Origin: a virus
Length of the DNA stretch: 37,309 bases
IMG/VR virus record: IMGVR_UViG_3300045988_171288
Strand: one strand, 5' to 3'
Notes under the pieces: generated by a model
Told to the model about the DNA's origin: nothing
What the model saw: only the letters and a program-made list of their open reading frames with translations
Databases searched by the model: none
Part shown: positions 6,328-14,133 of the stretch, in pieces
Numbering within the stretch: the stretch's first letter is position 1
Layout: each line of letters starts with the position of its first letter
Translations under genes and position numbers: made by a program

Positions 6328-7002
6328 ATGAAAAAATGTTCTATATGTAAAGAAATTAAACCATTAGAAGATTTCAGAAGAGGTAGAATATGTAGAGATT
6401 GCGAAAGAAAAAAGAATAATATTAATAGTAAAAAATATCATGAAGAATCTAAAAATAAAGTTAAAGGTAACTTTGTTTATCGTTTAATACATAATAATGA
6501 AATCATATATATAGGTAAGAGCACGCAAATAAATGTAAGATTAACCCATCATTTAAGAGATAAAGATTTTGATACGGTCGAAGTAATACAATTTGATAAT
6601 GAGGTTGATATGTGTATATCGGAAATATATTTCATTAATAAATATAAGCCAAGATTAAATAAAGAATTTATTTATAGTGATGTAAAAAGTATGTCATTAA
6701 AAGAATTAGACTCTATACTATGGATGAATATAGGTTATTATACTAATTATTTAAATAATTATACAATTAATTTAAATAACGAAAATAATGAAAATGAAAT
6801 AAAGAAATTAATGATTCAAAAATTAGGTGTAAATTTCGGATCAATAAGACTTTGTTTTATGAGGGAGCGTTATGGTAGATTTTATGTTTATGTCCAAAAT
6901 AAATCCAAAAAGCAAAAATCACTAAAAATATTTGAAAATAAAAATGATGCAGAAAAATTAGTAGAAGATGTAAGAAATTATATTAAAAAAGATTTTATAT
7001 AA
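6328..7002 (+). CDS. GIY-YIG nuclease-domain protein with N-terminal CxxC..CxxC zinc ribbon
   Basis: FVYRLI..NEIIYIGKST..R..H and EIYFINKYKPRLN match the GIY-YIG pattern. ATG follows AGAGGTGA. Confidence 0.65.
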   Translation: MKKCSICKEIKPLEDFRRGRICRDCERKKNNINSKKYHEESKNKVKGNFVYRLIHNNEIIYIGKSTQINVRLTHHLRDKDFDTVEVIQFDNEVDMCISEIYFINKYKPRLNKEFIYSDVKSMSLKELDSILWMNIGYYTNYLNNYTINLNNENNENEIKKLMIQKLGVNFGSIRLCFMRERYGRFYVYVQNKSKKQKSLKIFENKNDAEKLVEDVRNYIKKDFI

Positions 7003-7028
7003 TTGACAATTTATTACATAAAAAATAA

Positions 7029-7058
7029 CTAGAGTATACTCACTCTAGCTTCTTAGTT
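7029..7058 (+). terminator. Hairpin terminator
   Basis: CTAGAGT (7029-7035) / ACTCTAG (7042-7048), followed by a T-rich tail. Confidence 0.5.
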
Positions 7059-7137
7059 TAGATATCTTATGTAGAAATTTGCATGTCCTAATTATATTTT
7101 TTCTTAAATTTGGAAATAAATCTTATGAGGTGATTTT

Positions 7138-7239
7138 ATGAGCTTAAATTATTTAGGATATGGATTATTGATAGTTCCTGCTATTTTAGTTGTTGCTGGA
7201 GTGATATGGTGTTACTTAGTTGCTAATGATTATATATAA
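7138..7239 (+). CDS. 33-aa membrane peptide
   Basis: My own translation: MSLNYLGYGLLIVPAILVVAGVIWCYLVANDYI. RBS GAGGTGA lies 5 nt upstream. Confidence 0.45.
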   Translation: MSLNYLGYGLLIVPAILVVAGVIWCYLVANDYI

Positions 7240-7272
7240 AAAGTAGTAGGAAGTGAATCCTACTACTTTTTA
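7238..7272. terminator. Bidirectional terminator
   Basis: AAGTAGTAGGA / TCCTACTACTT 11-bp stem flanked by an A-run and a T-run. It sits between convergent genes. Confidence 0.75.
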
Positions 7273-7302
7273 TATAATTTAAAATAATTTAATTTTTTTC
7301 AC

Positions 7303-7614
7303 TTAACTCACTTTCTGATTTATTTCTAATAATGTATTTTCTATTAAGTTCATTCTACAATTAATCTCAGAACACAAAAGTCTATTAGTTTCAGATAATT
7401 CTTTATTTGTAGCTAATAGTTCCTGATTAGTTATTCTATTCTCTTCTATAGTTATTATTAGTTTTTTTCTTTCTTCTATCTCTTGTGCTTTTGTTTCTTT
7501 TTCAATTTCTATTCTTTGATTATCTCTTTTATTTATATACCAGGCGAATACTCCAACCATAGCGATTGGAAATCCAACTGAGTTTATTAATTCAGTTAAA
7601 ACACTTAATTCCAT
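7303..7614 (-). CDS. BhlA/UviB-like holin candidate (N-terminal TM plus coiled coil)
   Basis: TM segment VGFPIAMVGVFAWYI, followed by a charged coiled coil. The architecture is typical of the BhlA/UviB family. Confidence 0.5.
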   Translation of the reverse strand: MELSVLTELINSVGFPIAMVGVFAWYINKRDNQRIEIEKETKAQEIEERKKLIITIEENRITNQELLATNKELSETNRLLCSEINCRMNLIENTLLEINQKVS

Positions 7615-7628
7615 AAATTTTACTCCTT

Positions 7629-8369
7629 TTATATTGTATCGGTATTACGAATATTTCTTATCATTTTTTCTAATTCGAGTTTCGTTAATACCTCAGATGT
7701 TGTAACTTCTGAAAGTCGATATGGAAAAACCCTATTAGGAAGATTATTACTCGATACATTTTGATTTTTATTCGGTGTTTGTGAAGATGACCAAACACTA
7801 TTAGTATAACTATTATCTATTGCATAGGCTAGACCGATTCTTGTATTTCTAACACTCTTCGGTTCTACTGCGAATCCAAATCCTACCGTTTCACCAAATG
7901 CTTGATTTATTGGTATTCTGATACATTTACAACCTACAATGTCAATATCTTCAACAGTATATGTCCTATAATATTCAGCAGCTTTTAATACAACGTTATT
8001 GTTTGATATCACAAAGTATGTTGCATTTATAGTATCACCGACTATTGCATTTGCTATAGGTATTATCAGGTTGGAGATTCTTTTGTTTCTTTCAGAAAAC
8101 TTATTATGCAATGTAACAACATAGTGATTATTATTAAATACATCATATGTTCTATGTGTTGAACTTACTTCATTGAAAGCTATTAATGTAAAGTCTTTTG
8201 TAACAGTAGGGCTATAAAAGTTAAAATCGTTTTTATTTCTAAAGTTATTTTGAGTATCTATGCTAGCAAATTTTGCATTTATTTTATCCCATAACTTTCT
8301 TGCAAAAAAATGCAATCGTGCTCTATTTAATAAATTTGACATATATAAAAAAGGTGGAATGATATCCAC
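7629..8369 (-). CDS. Fibre/receptor-binding-like protein, short paralog of 8393-9613
   Basis: N-terminus LLNRARLHFFARKLWDKINAKF against LINQTRLNQFTTKIWSKIKEKY. Shared core CIRIPINQAFGE against CVIIPINEEFDE. GTG start after AAAGGAG. Confidence 0.55.
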   Translation of the reverse strand: MDIIPPFLYMSNLLNRARLHFFARKLWDKINAKFASIDTQNNFRNKNDFNFYSPTVTKDFTLIAFNEVSSTHRTYDVFNNNHYVVTLHNKFSERNKRISNLIIPIANAIVGDTINATYFVISNNNVVLKAAEYYRTYTVEDIDIVGCKCIRIPINQAFGETVGFGFAVEPKSVRNTRIGLAYAIDNSYTNSVWSSSQTPNKNQNVSSNNLPNRVFPYRLSEVTTSEVLTKLELEKMIRNIRNTDTI

Positions 8370-8392
8370 CTTTGCTCCTTTCTATCTATTAC

Positions 8393-9613
8393 TTAATTTA
8401 GCGATTCTATGATACTATTTATTTCAGCTTCTGTAATAACAGGTATCTCAGTTGTAGTTGTATCTGAACCACTTCTTATATTTAGTTTTACTTTATCGTC
8501 CGTAGCATCAAGTGTTAGATTCACTGATCCACTTTTACCATTTATAGATATCACAGAACCATCTTTGGTATTAAGTTCAATAAAAGCATCCGTTAAATTT
8601 GTAGAAGGATTATCGACTTTATTTATACATAAATATTTTTTACCGTGATTATTGCTGCTACTGTTATTTACAACAACTATATCTCCATTTTCGTAGCGTG
8701 TATCTCTTAATATATCATCTGTGAAATCATTAATTGCAAAATACTCATTTATAGCGATAGATGGCAACATATTTTTATCTAATTTACCATCATCACCAAG
8801 TTTTGCAAATTTAGAGCTGTCTTTTTCAAGAGCTTTTATTTTATTAGATAAAGAACCGATACTCTCTCTTCCTATCAAATACATTATTGCTGTATTAGCA
8901 TGTGTATTATCACCTGAATTCCAATTTATTGGTGAACCTGGAGTTGTAGGTGGTTGATCATTATTCATATTTATAACATCTGAATGATACTTGGAATCTA
9001 TATTTTCACATACGTTACACTTAGTATTTTGACTTCTAACAATAAAATATACTTCTTCATCAAATTCTTCATTGATAGGTATAATTACGCAATTTCTCAT
9101 AGTACCATTATCATTGAAACGTACTACATTTGTTTGTATATCACTGCTTCCGTTTTGCTGAATTATTTTTTTTACGACATCTCTTTCTTTTGTTTCACCC
9201 TTTGTTATTGCCCATACTTTCCAAGTAGTTGGACTTCCAACAGTTGCTTCACTATCAACAAGAATAACAAGTTCTGATACATATCTGTCCACAAAAGAAT
9301 TACTAGTAAGACCTCTAAATCCAAGACTTCTATTGTTACTTGTATTTCGATTTGGATTTCCTATATGTCTATTGCTTTCAATAGAAACATTGTCAACTGA
9401 TACATCTTGTTTGAAAGCATTTCTATCTTTTAATCTTGCATACTCAACTAAATCAATATCTACAGTATTAGTTCCTTCAATTTTAGTGAATTTCAATTTT
9501 TTATCATCAGTTAAAGTTACCTCTTTGAAAGAGACATTGTATTTTTCTTTTATTTTACTCCAAATTTTTGTTGTAAACTGATTCAATCTTGTTTGGTTTA
9601 TTAGTTTTGACAT
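8393..9613 (-). CDS. Fibre/receptor-binding-like protein (406 aa)
   Basis: Long ORF with shared N-terminal and core motifs with 7629-8369. C-terminal motif ITEAEINSIIESL. Confidence 0.6.
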   Translation of the reverse strand: MSKLINQTRLNQFTTKIWSKIKEKYNVSFKEVTLTDDKKLKFTKIEGTNTVDIDLVEYARLKDRNAFKQDVSVDNVSIESNRHIGNPNRNTSNNRSLGFRGLTSNSFVDRYVSELVILVDSEATVGSPTTWKVWAITKGETKERDVVKKIIQQNGSSDIQTNVVRFNDNGTMRNCVIIPINEEFDEEVYFIVRSQNTKCNVCENIDSKYHSDVINMNNDQPPTTPGSPINWNSGDNTHANTAIMYLIGRESIGSLSNKIKALEKDSSKFAKLGDDGKLDKNMLPSIAINEYFAINDFTDDILRDTRYENGDIVVVNNSSSNNHGKKYLCINKVDNPSTNLTDAFIELNTKDGSVISINGKSGSVNLTLDATDDKVKLNIRSGSDTTTTEIPVITEAEINSIIESLN

Positions 9614-9652
9614 TTTTAAAAAATCCTCTTTTCTTTATTATTATTTTTTAGA

Positions 9653-9955
9653 TTATCTCAAATTGTTGACTATATCATCTATTTCTGACTCTGATATTAT
9701 GGTTAAACTTTTGATTGTGTTATTTCCATTTTTAAAGTCAATTTTGTTAACTTCTTGAGATAAGTTATTGAATGCATTACTTGCACCAGTTCCTGGTCTT
9801 CCATTTCGGCATAAATAATCTAAAAATATTTCAATCCTTGAGCAAGGATCTGGTAATGTATTCACATCATTATTTCTGCACAAATTATCTAAAAATTGTT
9901 CACTTCGAGACTGGGGAACGGGTAATTTATCTAAACTTGTTGACTTATTATCCAT
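9653..9955 (-). CDS. 100-aa protein with internal duplicated motif P.SR.E.FLD.LCRN
   Basis: LPVPQSRSEQFLDNLCRNN and LPDPCSRIEIFLDYLCRNG. C-terminal ISESEIDDIVNNL resembles the C-terminus of 8393-9613. RBS GGAGG. Confidence 0.6.
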   Translation of the reverse strand: MDNKSTSLDKLPVPQSRSEQFLDNLCRNNDVNTLPDPCSRIEIFLDYLCRNGRPGTGASNAFNNLSQEVNKIDFKNGNNTIKSLTIISESEIDDIVNNLR

Positions 9956-9973
9956 ATAAATTCCTCCAAATAA

Positions 9974-10018
9974 AAAACTAGAGTATGTATTACACCCAGT
10001 AATATATACTCTAGTTTT
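9974..10018 (-). terminator. Long hairpin terminator directly upstream of the RBS of 9955
   Basis: 13-bp outer stem (9974-9986 / 10006-10018) plus inner stem ATTAC/GTAAT. On the minus strand it is followed by TTTTTTATTTGGAGG. Confidence 0.7.
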
Positions 10019-10111
10019 AAAAAATGAGTTTGAGAAAATATACTATTAATTAGTATTTATTGTAGAATATTAATTAACATATATATTTTGACATTATGCA
10101 ATTATGTTATC

Positions 10112-10140
10112 ATTATACTCTAAAATTAAATCAAATACAA
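10112..10140 (-). promoter_or_regulatory. Candidate sigma-A promoter reading toward the 9974-10018 hairpin
   Basis: On the minus strand: TTGTAT (10140->10135), 17 nt, TATAAT (10117->10112). Confidence 0.4.
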
Positions 10141-10172
10141 ATATTTTTAACTTATGTATATATTCAAGTTTC

Positions 10173-10997
10173 TTATTTTCTAAATGCAGTTACAAAACCA
10201 CCATCATATCCTTTAGCTGATAAATTTTTTACTCTTTGCTCAGCTAAATTCTTATCTTTAAATGATCCGGCTATTACTCTGTACCATGTCTTTTCATCTT
10301 TTACAAACGCTTCTAAAAATACACCACTAAATCCATCTTTATCTAGTTTAGACTTTCTATTAAGTGCATACTCTTTATTACTAAAGCTTCCTGAAATTGC
10401 TCTATAAAATACTTCTGAATGAGGTATAGGAGTAGGTGATGGAACTGATGTTGATATTTTTTTATTTAAAATTCCTTGAGCTATAGCTTTAGCCATTGAC
10501 TTAGGATTATATAAATCTATATCGTCTTTATCATCTACAAAACAACATTCAACTAAAAGTGCTGGTGATTTAGTTTTCTTTAAAAAAGCTAAATCTGTTC
10601 TTTGCTTTACGCCTCTATTTTTATATCCTAAAGCTTCTATCTCTTTACAAATTCTTACTGCAGCTTCATATGCTGGACCACTCATTTTATAAACTAATAC
10701 TTCTACTCCACTTGTTTTTCCATCTCCAGTTTTATCGCTAACACCACAGTTAAAGTGTATAGATACGTCTAAATCTACAGAATGTGAATTGCATTTAGTA
10801 ACTATTTTATTAATTACATCGGATACTGAAGTACCATTATCACATGTACAATCATATAAATTATTTGTTTTTGGTTTTAATATATTTATCAATTCATTTT
10901 TTACTTCCCTATTTCCAGTCGATTCTTTTATAAGTCCAAGAGCACCACAAGCTACCTTATTATCAGGGTTATGTCCTGCATGTATATTTAAATCCAT
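10173..10997 (-). CDS. Endolysin: N-acetylmuramoyl-L-alanine amidase (Amidase_3-like) with C-terminal SPOR-like repeats
   Basis: N-terminus is MDLNIHAGHNP...VSIHFN...GVEV. The C-terminus has two repeats, YRAISGSF..A and YRVIAGSF..A. Confidence 0.8.
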   Translation of the reverse strand: MDLNIHAGHNPDNKVACGALGLIKESTGNREVKNELINILKPKTNNLYDCTCDNGTSVSDVINKIVTKCNSHSVDLDVSIHFNCGVSDKTGDGKTSGVEVLVYKMSGPAYEAAVRICKEIEALGYKNRGVKQRTDLAFLKKTKSPALLVECCFVDDKDDIDLYNPKSMAKAIAQGILNKKISTSVPSPTPIPHSEVFYRAISGSFSNKEYALNRKSKLDKDGFSGVFLEAFVKDEKTWYRVIAGSFKDKNLAEQRVKNLSAKGYDGGFVTAFRK

Positions 10998-10998
10998 A

Positions 10999-11793
10999 TT
11001 ATTTTATCTCCAATACTTTGTCTAATTTATTTTCTATTTTGCTTAATCTTTCATTTAGTTTATTATTTTCTTCTATTAATTCTTGATTAGCTTTCCACAG
11101 AACTGAAAGCGTGTTTAATATATTTACGCTTACTTCATCTTCATACAATTTTTCATCTGTTAATGTAGTAATACATTTATTGTAGTTATTTATATTTTTA
11201 GTTTTATTATTTTGTATTAATTTGAAACTATCTTCATCTTCGATAACATCAATACTATCTAATATATCAAAAACACTATTAATCTTTTTAGCAGAACGTG
11301 AAATGCTTGAACGATACGACATATTAAAGTTTCCAGCATACACGACTCCTCTATCGCCACCTGTAGTGACAAAGTGTATACTACTTAATCCAGCCATGAA
11401 CATTTCGCCAAGCCTTATATAATCACACTCACGTTGAGTATTTCCACCTTGAGGAAGTAGAATTTTTCCTCTATTTAGGTGCAAAGTATCGCCTTTTCCT
11501 CTAATAATTCCATTAAATTTTGCATCTCCATTATTGCTTAAAACCCATGCTACAGCTCCACCAACACCAGTTCTACCAGTTGAAGTTCCGCTAACTACAA
11601 GGTCATTATGAATATTAGCACCTTTAAATGTTGCAATGCCATTTTCAAGTATATTCCAATTGACTGAAGTACCAGATTGTATGCCTTTTGTGAATGAAGT
11701 CAATCCTGTTACAGTTCCGCCTGTTAAAGGAAGTCTTTTGCTTATTTCACTATCTTGTTGAGGTTGTTTTCTAACCAACTCATATCCATTCAT
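10999..11793 (-). CDS. Tail fibre protein with C-terminal intramolecular-chaperone (peptidase S74-like) region
   Basis: Fibre motif LPLTGGTVTG. The C-terminus has ..SSISRSAKKINSVFDILDSIDV.. plus the terminal coiled coil LWKANQELIEENNKLNERL. Confidence 0.55.
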   Translation of the reverse strand: MNGYELVRKQPQQDSEISKRLPLTGGTVTGLTSFTKGIQSGTSVNWNILENGIATFKGANIHNDLVVSGTSTGRTGVGGAVAWVLSNNGDAKFNGIIRGKGDTLHLNRGKILLPQGGNTQRECDYIRLGEMFMAGLSSIHFVTTGGDRGVVYAGNFNMSYRSSISRSAKKINSVFDILDSIDVIEDEDSFKLIQNNKTKNINNYNKCITTLTDEKLYEDEVSVNILNTLSVLWKANQELIEENNKLNERLSKIENKLDKVLEIK

Positions 11794-11812
11794 TTTTTAC
11801 TCCTTTCTAATA

Positions 11813-11856
11813 TAAAAAAGAGCAATCTTTATCTATTTATAAAGATTGCTCTTTTT
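11813..11856. terminator. Strong hairpin inside the tail fibre gene string
   Basis: 15-bp stem AAAGAGCAATCTTTA / TAAAGATTGCTCTTT with an A-run and a T-run on either side. Confidence 0.7.
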
Positions 11857-11861
11857 CATTA

Positions 11862-12854
11862 TTAAGCTAATGCTGCTCTTAATATCTCAAATGTAAAGTG
11901 ATCATTTTGCAAGAATTGTACTCCACTTGCAGGTGTTATTTTAGCTGTTTGAGCATTTCCAACTGTTAAAGAGTAATGCTTCGTTGGATGAAGTCTTACA
12001 CCACTTAGGTATACTCTTACAATATCTGTAGCACGAATCTCTGCTCCTATAAGTACTTGAGTTGCAGTTGCAGTTGAAACAGTAGCTTCCTTAATATCCA
12101 TAGTTAAATTAACTGTTGCATTTACATTTGGTAAAGTTATAGTCTTAGTTTGAACACCGGTAACTCTACCCTTTGCATCTGTAGTAATTGAACCTATGGT
12201 TGTGAAGGTTCCACCGTGATTAGGACTTTCTGATGCAGTAGTATTTGATCTCTTAACATTTGAAAGTGATGTATTAATTACTGCATCTGCTGAACCATCA
12301 AATTGAGCTGAACCTGTAGCATCGCCTTGAAGCGTTATAGCTCTTGAATTTTGCAACTTTGTAGCAGTACTTGAATTACCAACAACTCCACCAATAACAG
12401 TTAAATTTCCACTTATAGTTTGTCCACCTGTTGTATTTATTAATTTTGATGTATCTATACCATCTAGCTTACTCTTATCTTTTGAACTCATTAAACCATT
12501 TTGTGAAGTTGTTGCAACTGGTATAGTTGAGAAATCAGCTATTTTTTTCCATGTAGCACTTTCATCATCATATCTATATATTTCATTTGTATCATTTACA
12601 GATGCAGTCCAACCTTCTTTTGCATTAGGATATGTTGTTTTCAATGCTGCCTCATTAGCAACAGAAGGCTTCCATTGAAGTCCATCTATAGCTGCAGTAA
12701 CCTTATTATCTATATTAGTTATACTTGTTCCCATAGCATCTAAACGGCCCTTTAGATTAGGATATTGAGTGACTCCATCATTTCTAGCATTTGTTACTTC
12801 ATTAACCGTATTATCATGTGTTGCTTGTTTTCTAATTAATTGAATTGCATCCAT
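11862..12854 (-). CDS. Tail fibre / minor structural protein
   Basis: N-terminus ..NARNDGVTQYPNLKGRLD.. is typical of siphovirus fibre proteins. The C-terminus has the VYLSGVRL module also seen in 12872-14071. Confidence 0.6.
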   Translation of the reverse strand: MDAIQLIRKQATHDNTVNEVTNARNDGVTQYPNLKGRLDAMGTSITNIDNKVTAAIDGLQWKPSVANEAALKTTYPNAKEGWTASVNDTNEIYRYDDESATWKKIADFSTIPVATTSQNGLMSSKDKSKLDGIDTSKLINTTGGQTISGNLTVIGGVVGNSSTATKLQNSRAITLQGDATGSAQFDGSADAVINTSLSNVKRSNTTASESPNHGGTFTTIGSITTDAKGRVTGVQTKTITLPNVNATVNLTMDIKEATVSTATATQVLIGAEIRATDIVRVYLSGVRLHPTKHYSLTVGNAQTAKITPASGVQFLQNDHFTFEILRAALA

Positions 12855-12871
12855 TTTTAATCCTCCTATGC

Positions 12872-14071
12872 CTATTTAAATTTTATTACCTCAAAATAAA
12901 TTTGTATATTTTCATTCCATGTTCCATCTACACACGTAATTGTTTTCAGTTGTTTATTAAGTGTATATGCTACATTTTCAACCATTTTTGCACCTGATAT
13001 ATATACATTTAATTCATCTTCAATTGAATTGTAGTCATCAATAGGAACAACTATAGATTTTGTTGGTTGAGTTAATATCGTTGTTTCCGTTAATTTTTTA
13101 TACGTAGTAATAGTTGTCCCGCCTCCACCATCTAATTTATCAAGTCTTGTTTTCAACTCATTTATTGCATTTACAATAATCTTTTCATTAGTTCTTAAAT
13201 GATTAATATTTCCAACTTCATTAGTATATTGACTAACTAATAAATAATCATTTAATTTCACAAGTATATTTCCAAGTGCTGATTGAACATTATTAGCTCC
13301 AAGTATATTCGATGTTAAAGTTACGTTATTGGCTCCAATTGTCGGATTATTATATTCTATACTATGAGTTCTTCTAAATGTACATAATAGAACTTGATCA
13401 CCATTTTTAAATGTTTTATCACCGATAGCCGTTATAGTTTTAGCACTAGAATTTAATGTGAAATCTATTCCTTTTATTTGCTTTACACCACTTAGATATA
13501 CTTCTACATCATTATTAGCTTCATACTCATTCCAACTAGAAAAAGATATTGTCTTATTATCCTGACTTACATTTATAACGTGATGTAACATTACAATAGT
13601 GTTTAAATTCTTTAGTTCTAATAATAATTGCTCTACTTTTAAAATACTTTCTAGCAGTCCTTTATAATCGCTATTTGATTCAATAGCACCTTTATTCGCA
13701 TGAAGTGATTCTAAACAATTGATATAAAAAAACTTAGAACTAAATATTTCTCCATTTTGCATTATCACAAGTTCAACTATTATATTTCCAACTGATGATA
13801 ATGTATTAGCATCAACAGGTATGGTTATATATTTTTCACTTCCAGTTGTAACTTCACAAGATATAAAAACTTCTGTATCGTCAGGCTTTCTAAATATAGC
13901 TTTAAATGATAAATCTTTATCTGATATATCAAATTCTTGACCTTTGCTGTATAGTCTTGCTTTTATAAAACGAGATTTAGTGTCATATTGCTTCATATTT
14001 ATTTTAGGAATAAATTCATTATCTGATAGGTCCAAATCTATCTCATGAGCAAAATTTTTAAAATTTATCAA
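12872..14071 (-). CDS. Baseplate upper protein (BppU-like)
   Basis: N-terminus IDLDLSDNEFIPKINMKQYDTKSRFIKARLY fits the BppU_N pattern. Two VY(L/I)SG(V/A)K modules. The likely start is TTG at 14071, after AAAGGAG. Confidence 0.55.
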   Translation of the reverse strand: MINFKNFAHEIDLDLSDNEFIPKINMKQYDTKSRFIKARLYSKGQEFDISDKDLSFKAIFRKPDDTEVFISCEVTTGSEKYITIPVDANTLSSVGNIIVELVIMQNGEIFSSKFFYINCLESLHANKGAIESNSDYKGLLESILKVEQLLLELKNLNTIVMLHHVINVSQDNKTISFSSWNEYEANNDVEVYLSGVKQIKGIDFTLNSSAKTITAIGDKTFKNGDQVLLCTFRRTHSIEYNNPTIGANNVTLTSNILGANNVQSALGNILVKLNDYLLVSQYTNEVGNINHLRTNEKIIVNAINELKTRLDKLDGGGGTTITTYKKLTETTILTQPTKSIVVPIDDYNSIEDELNVYISGAKMVENVAYTLNKQLKTITCVDGTWNENIQIYFEVIKFK

Positions 14072-14133
14072 AAATACACATCTCCTTTCTATCAAAATAA
14101 AAATGAGCAATCAAATCCGTTAATAAATCGAAT

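Noticed and set aside
10088-10407. Plus-strand TTGACA-17-CATTAT promoter and the 103-aa ORF at 10096-10407
   Set aside because: The ORF is antisense to the endolysin 3' end and has an antisense-type composition. The -10 is poor. An antisense RNA remains possible but has no terminator support.
7629-14110. Diversity-generating retroelement or invertase-driven shufflon acting on the fibre genes
   Set aside because: There is no reverse transcriptase gene and I saw no template/variable DNA repeat pair. The paralogs are co-oriented and similar only at the protein-motif level, and no inverted crossover repeats flank them.
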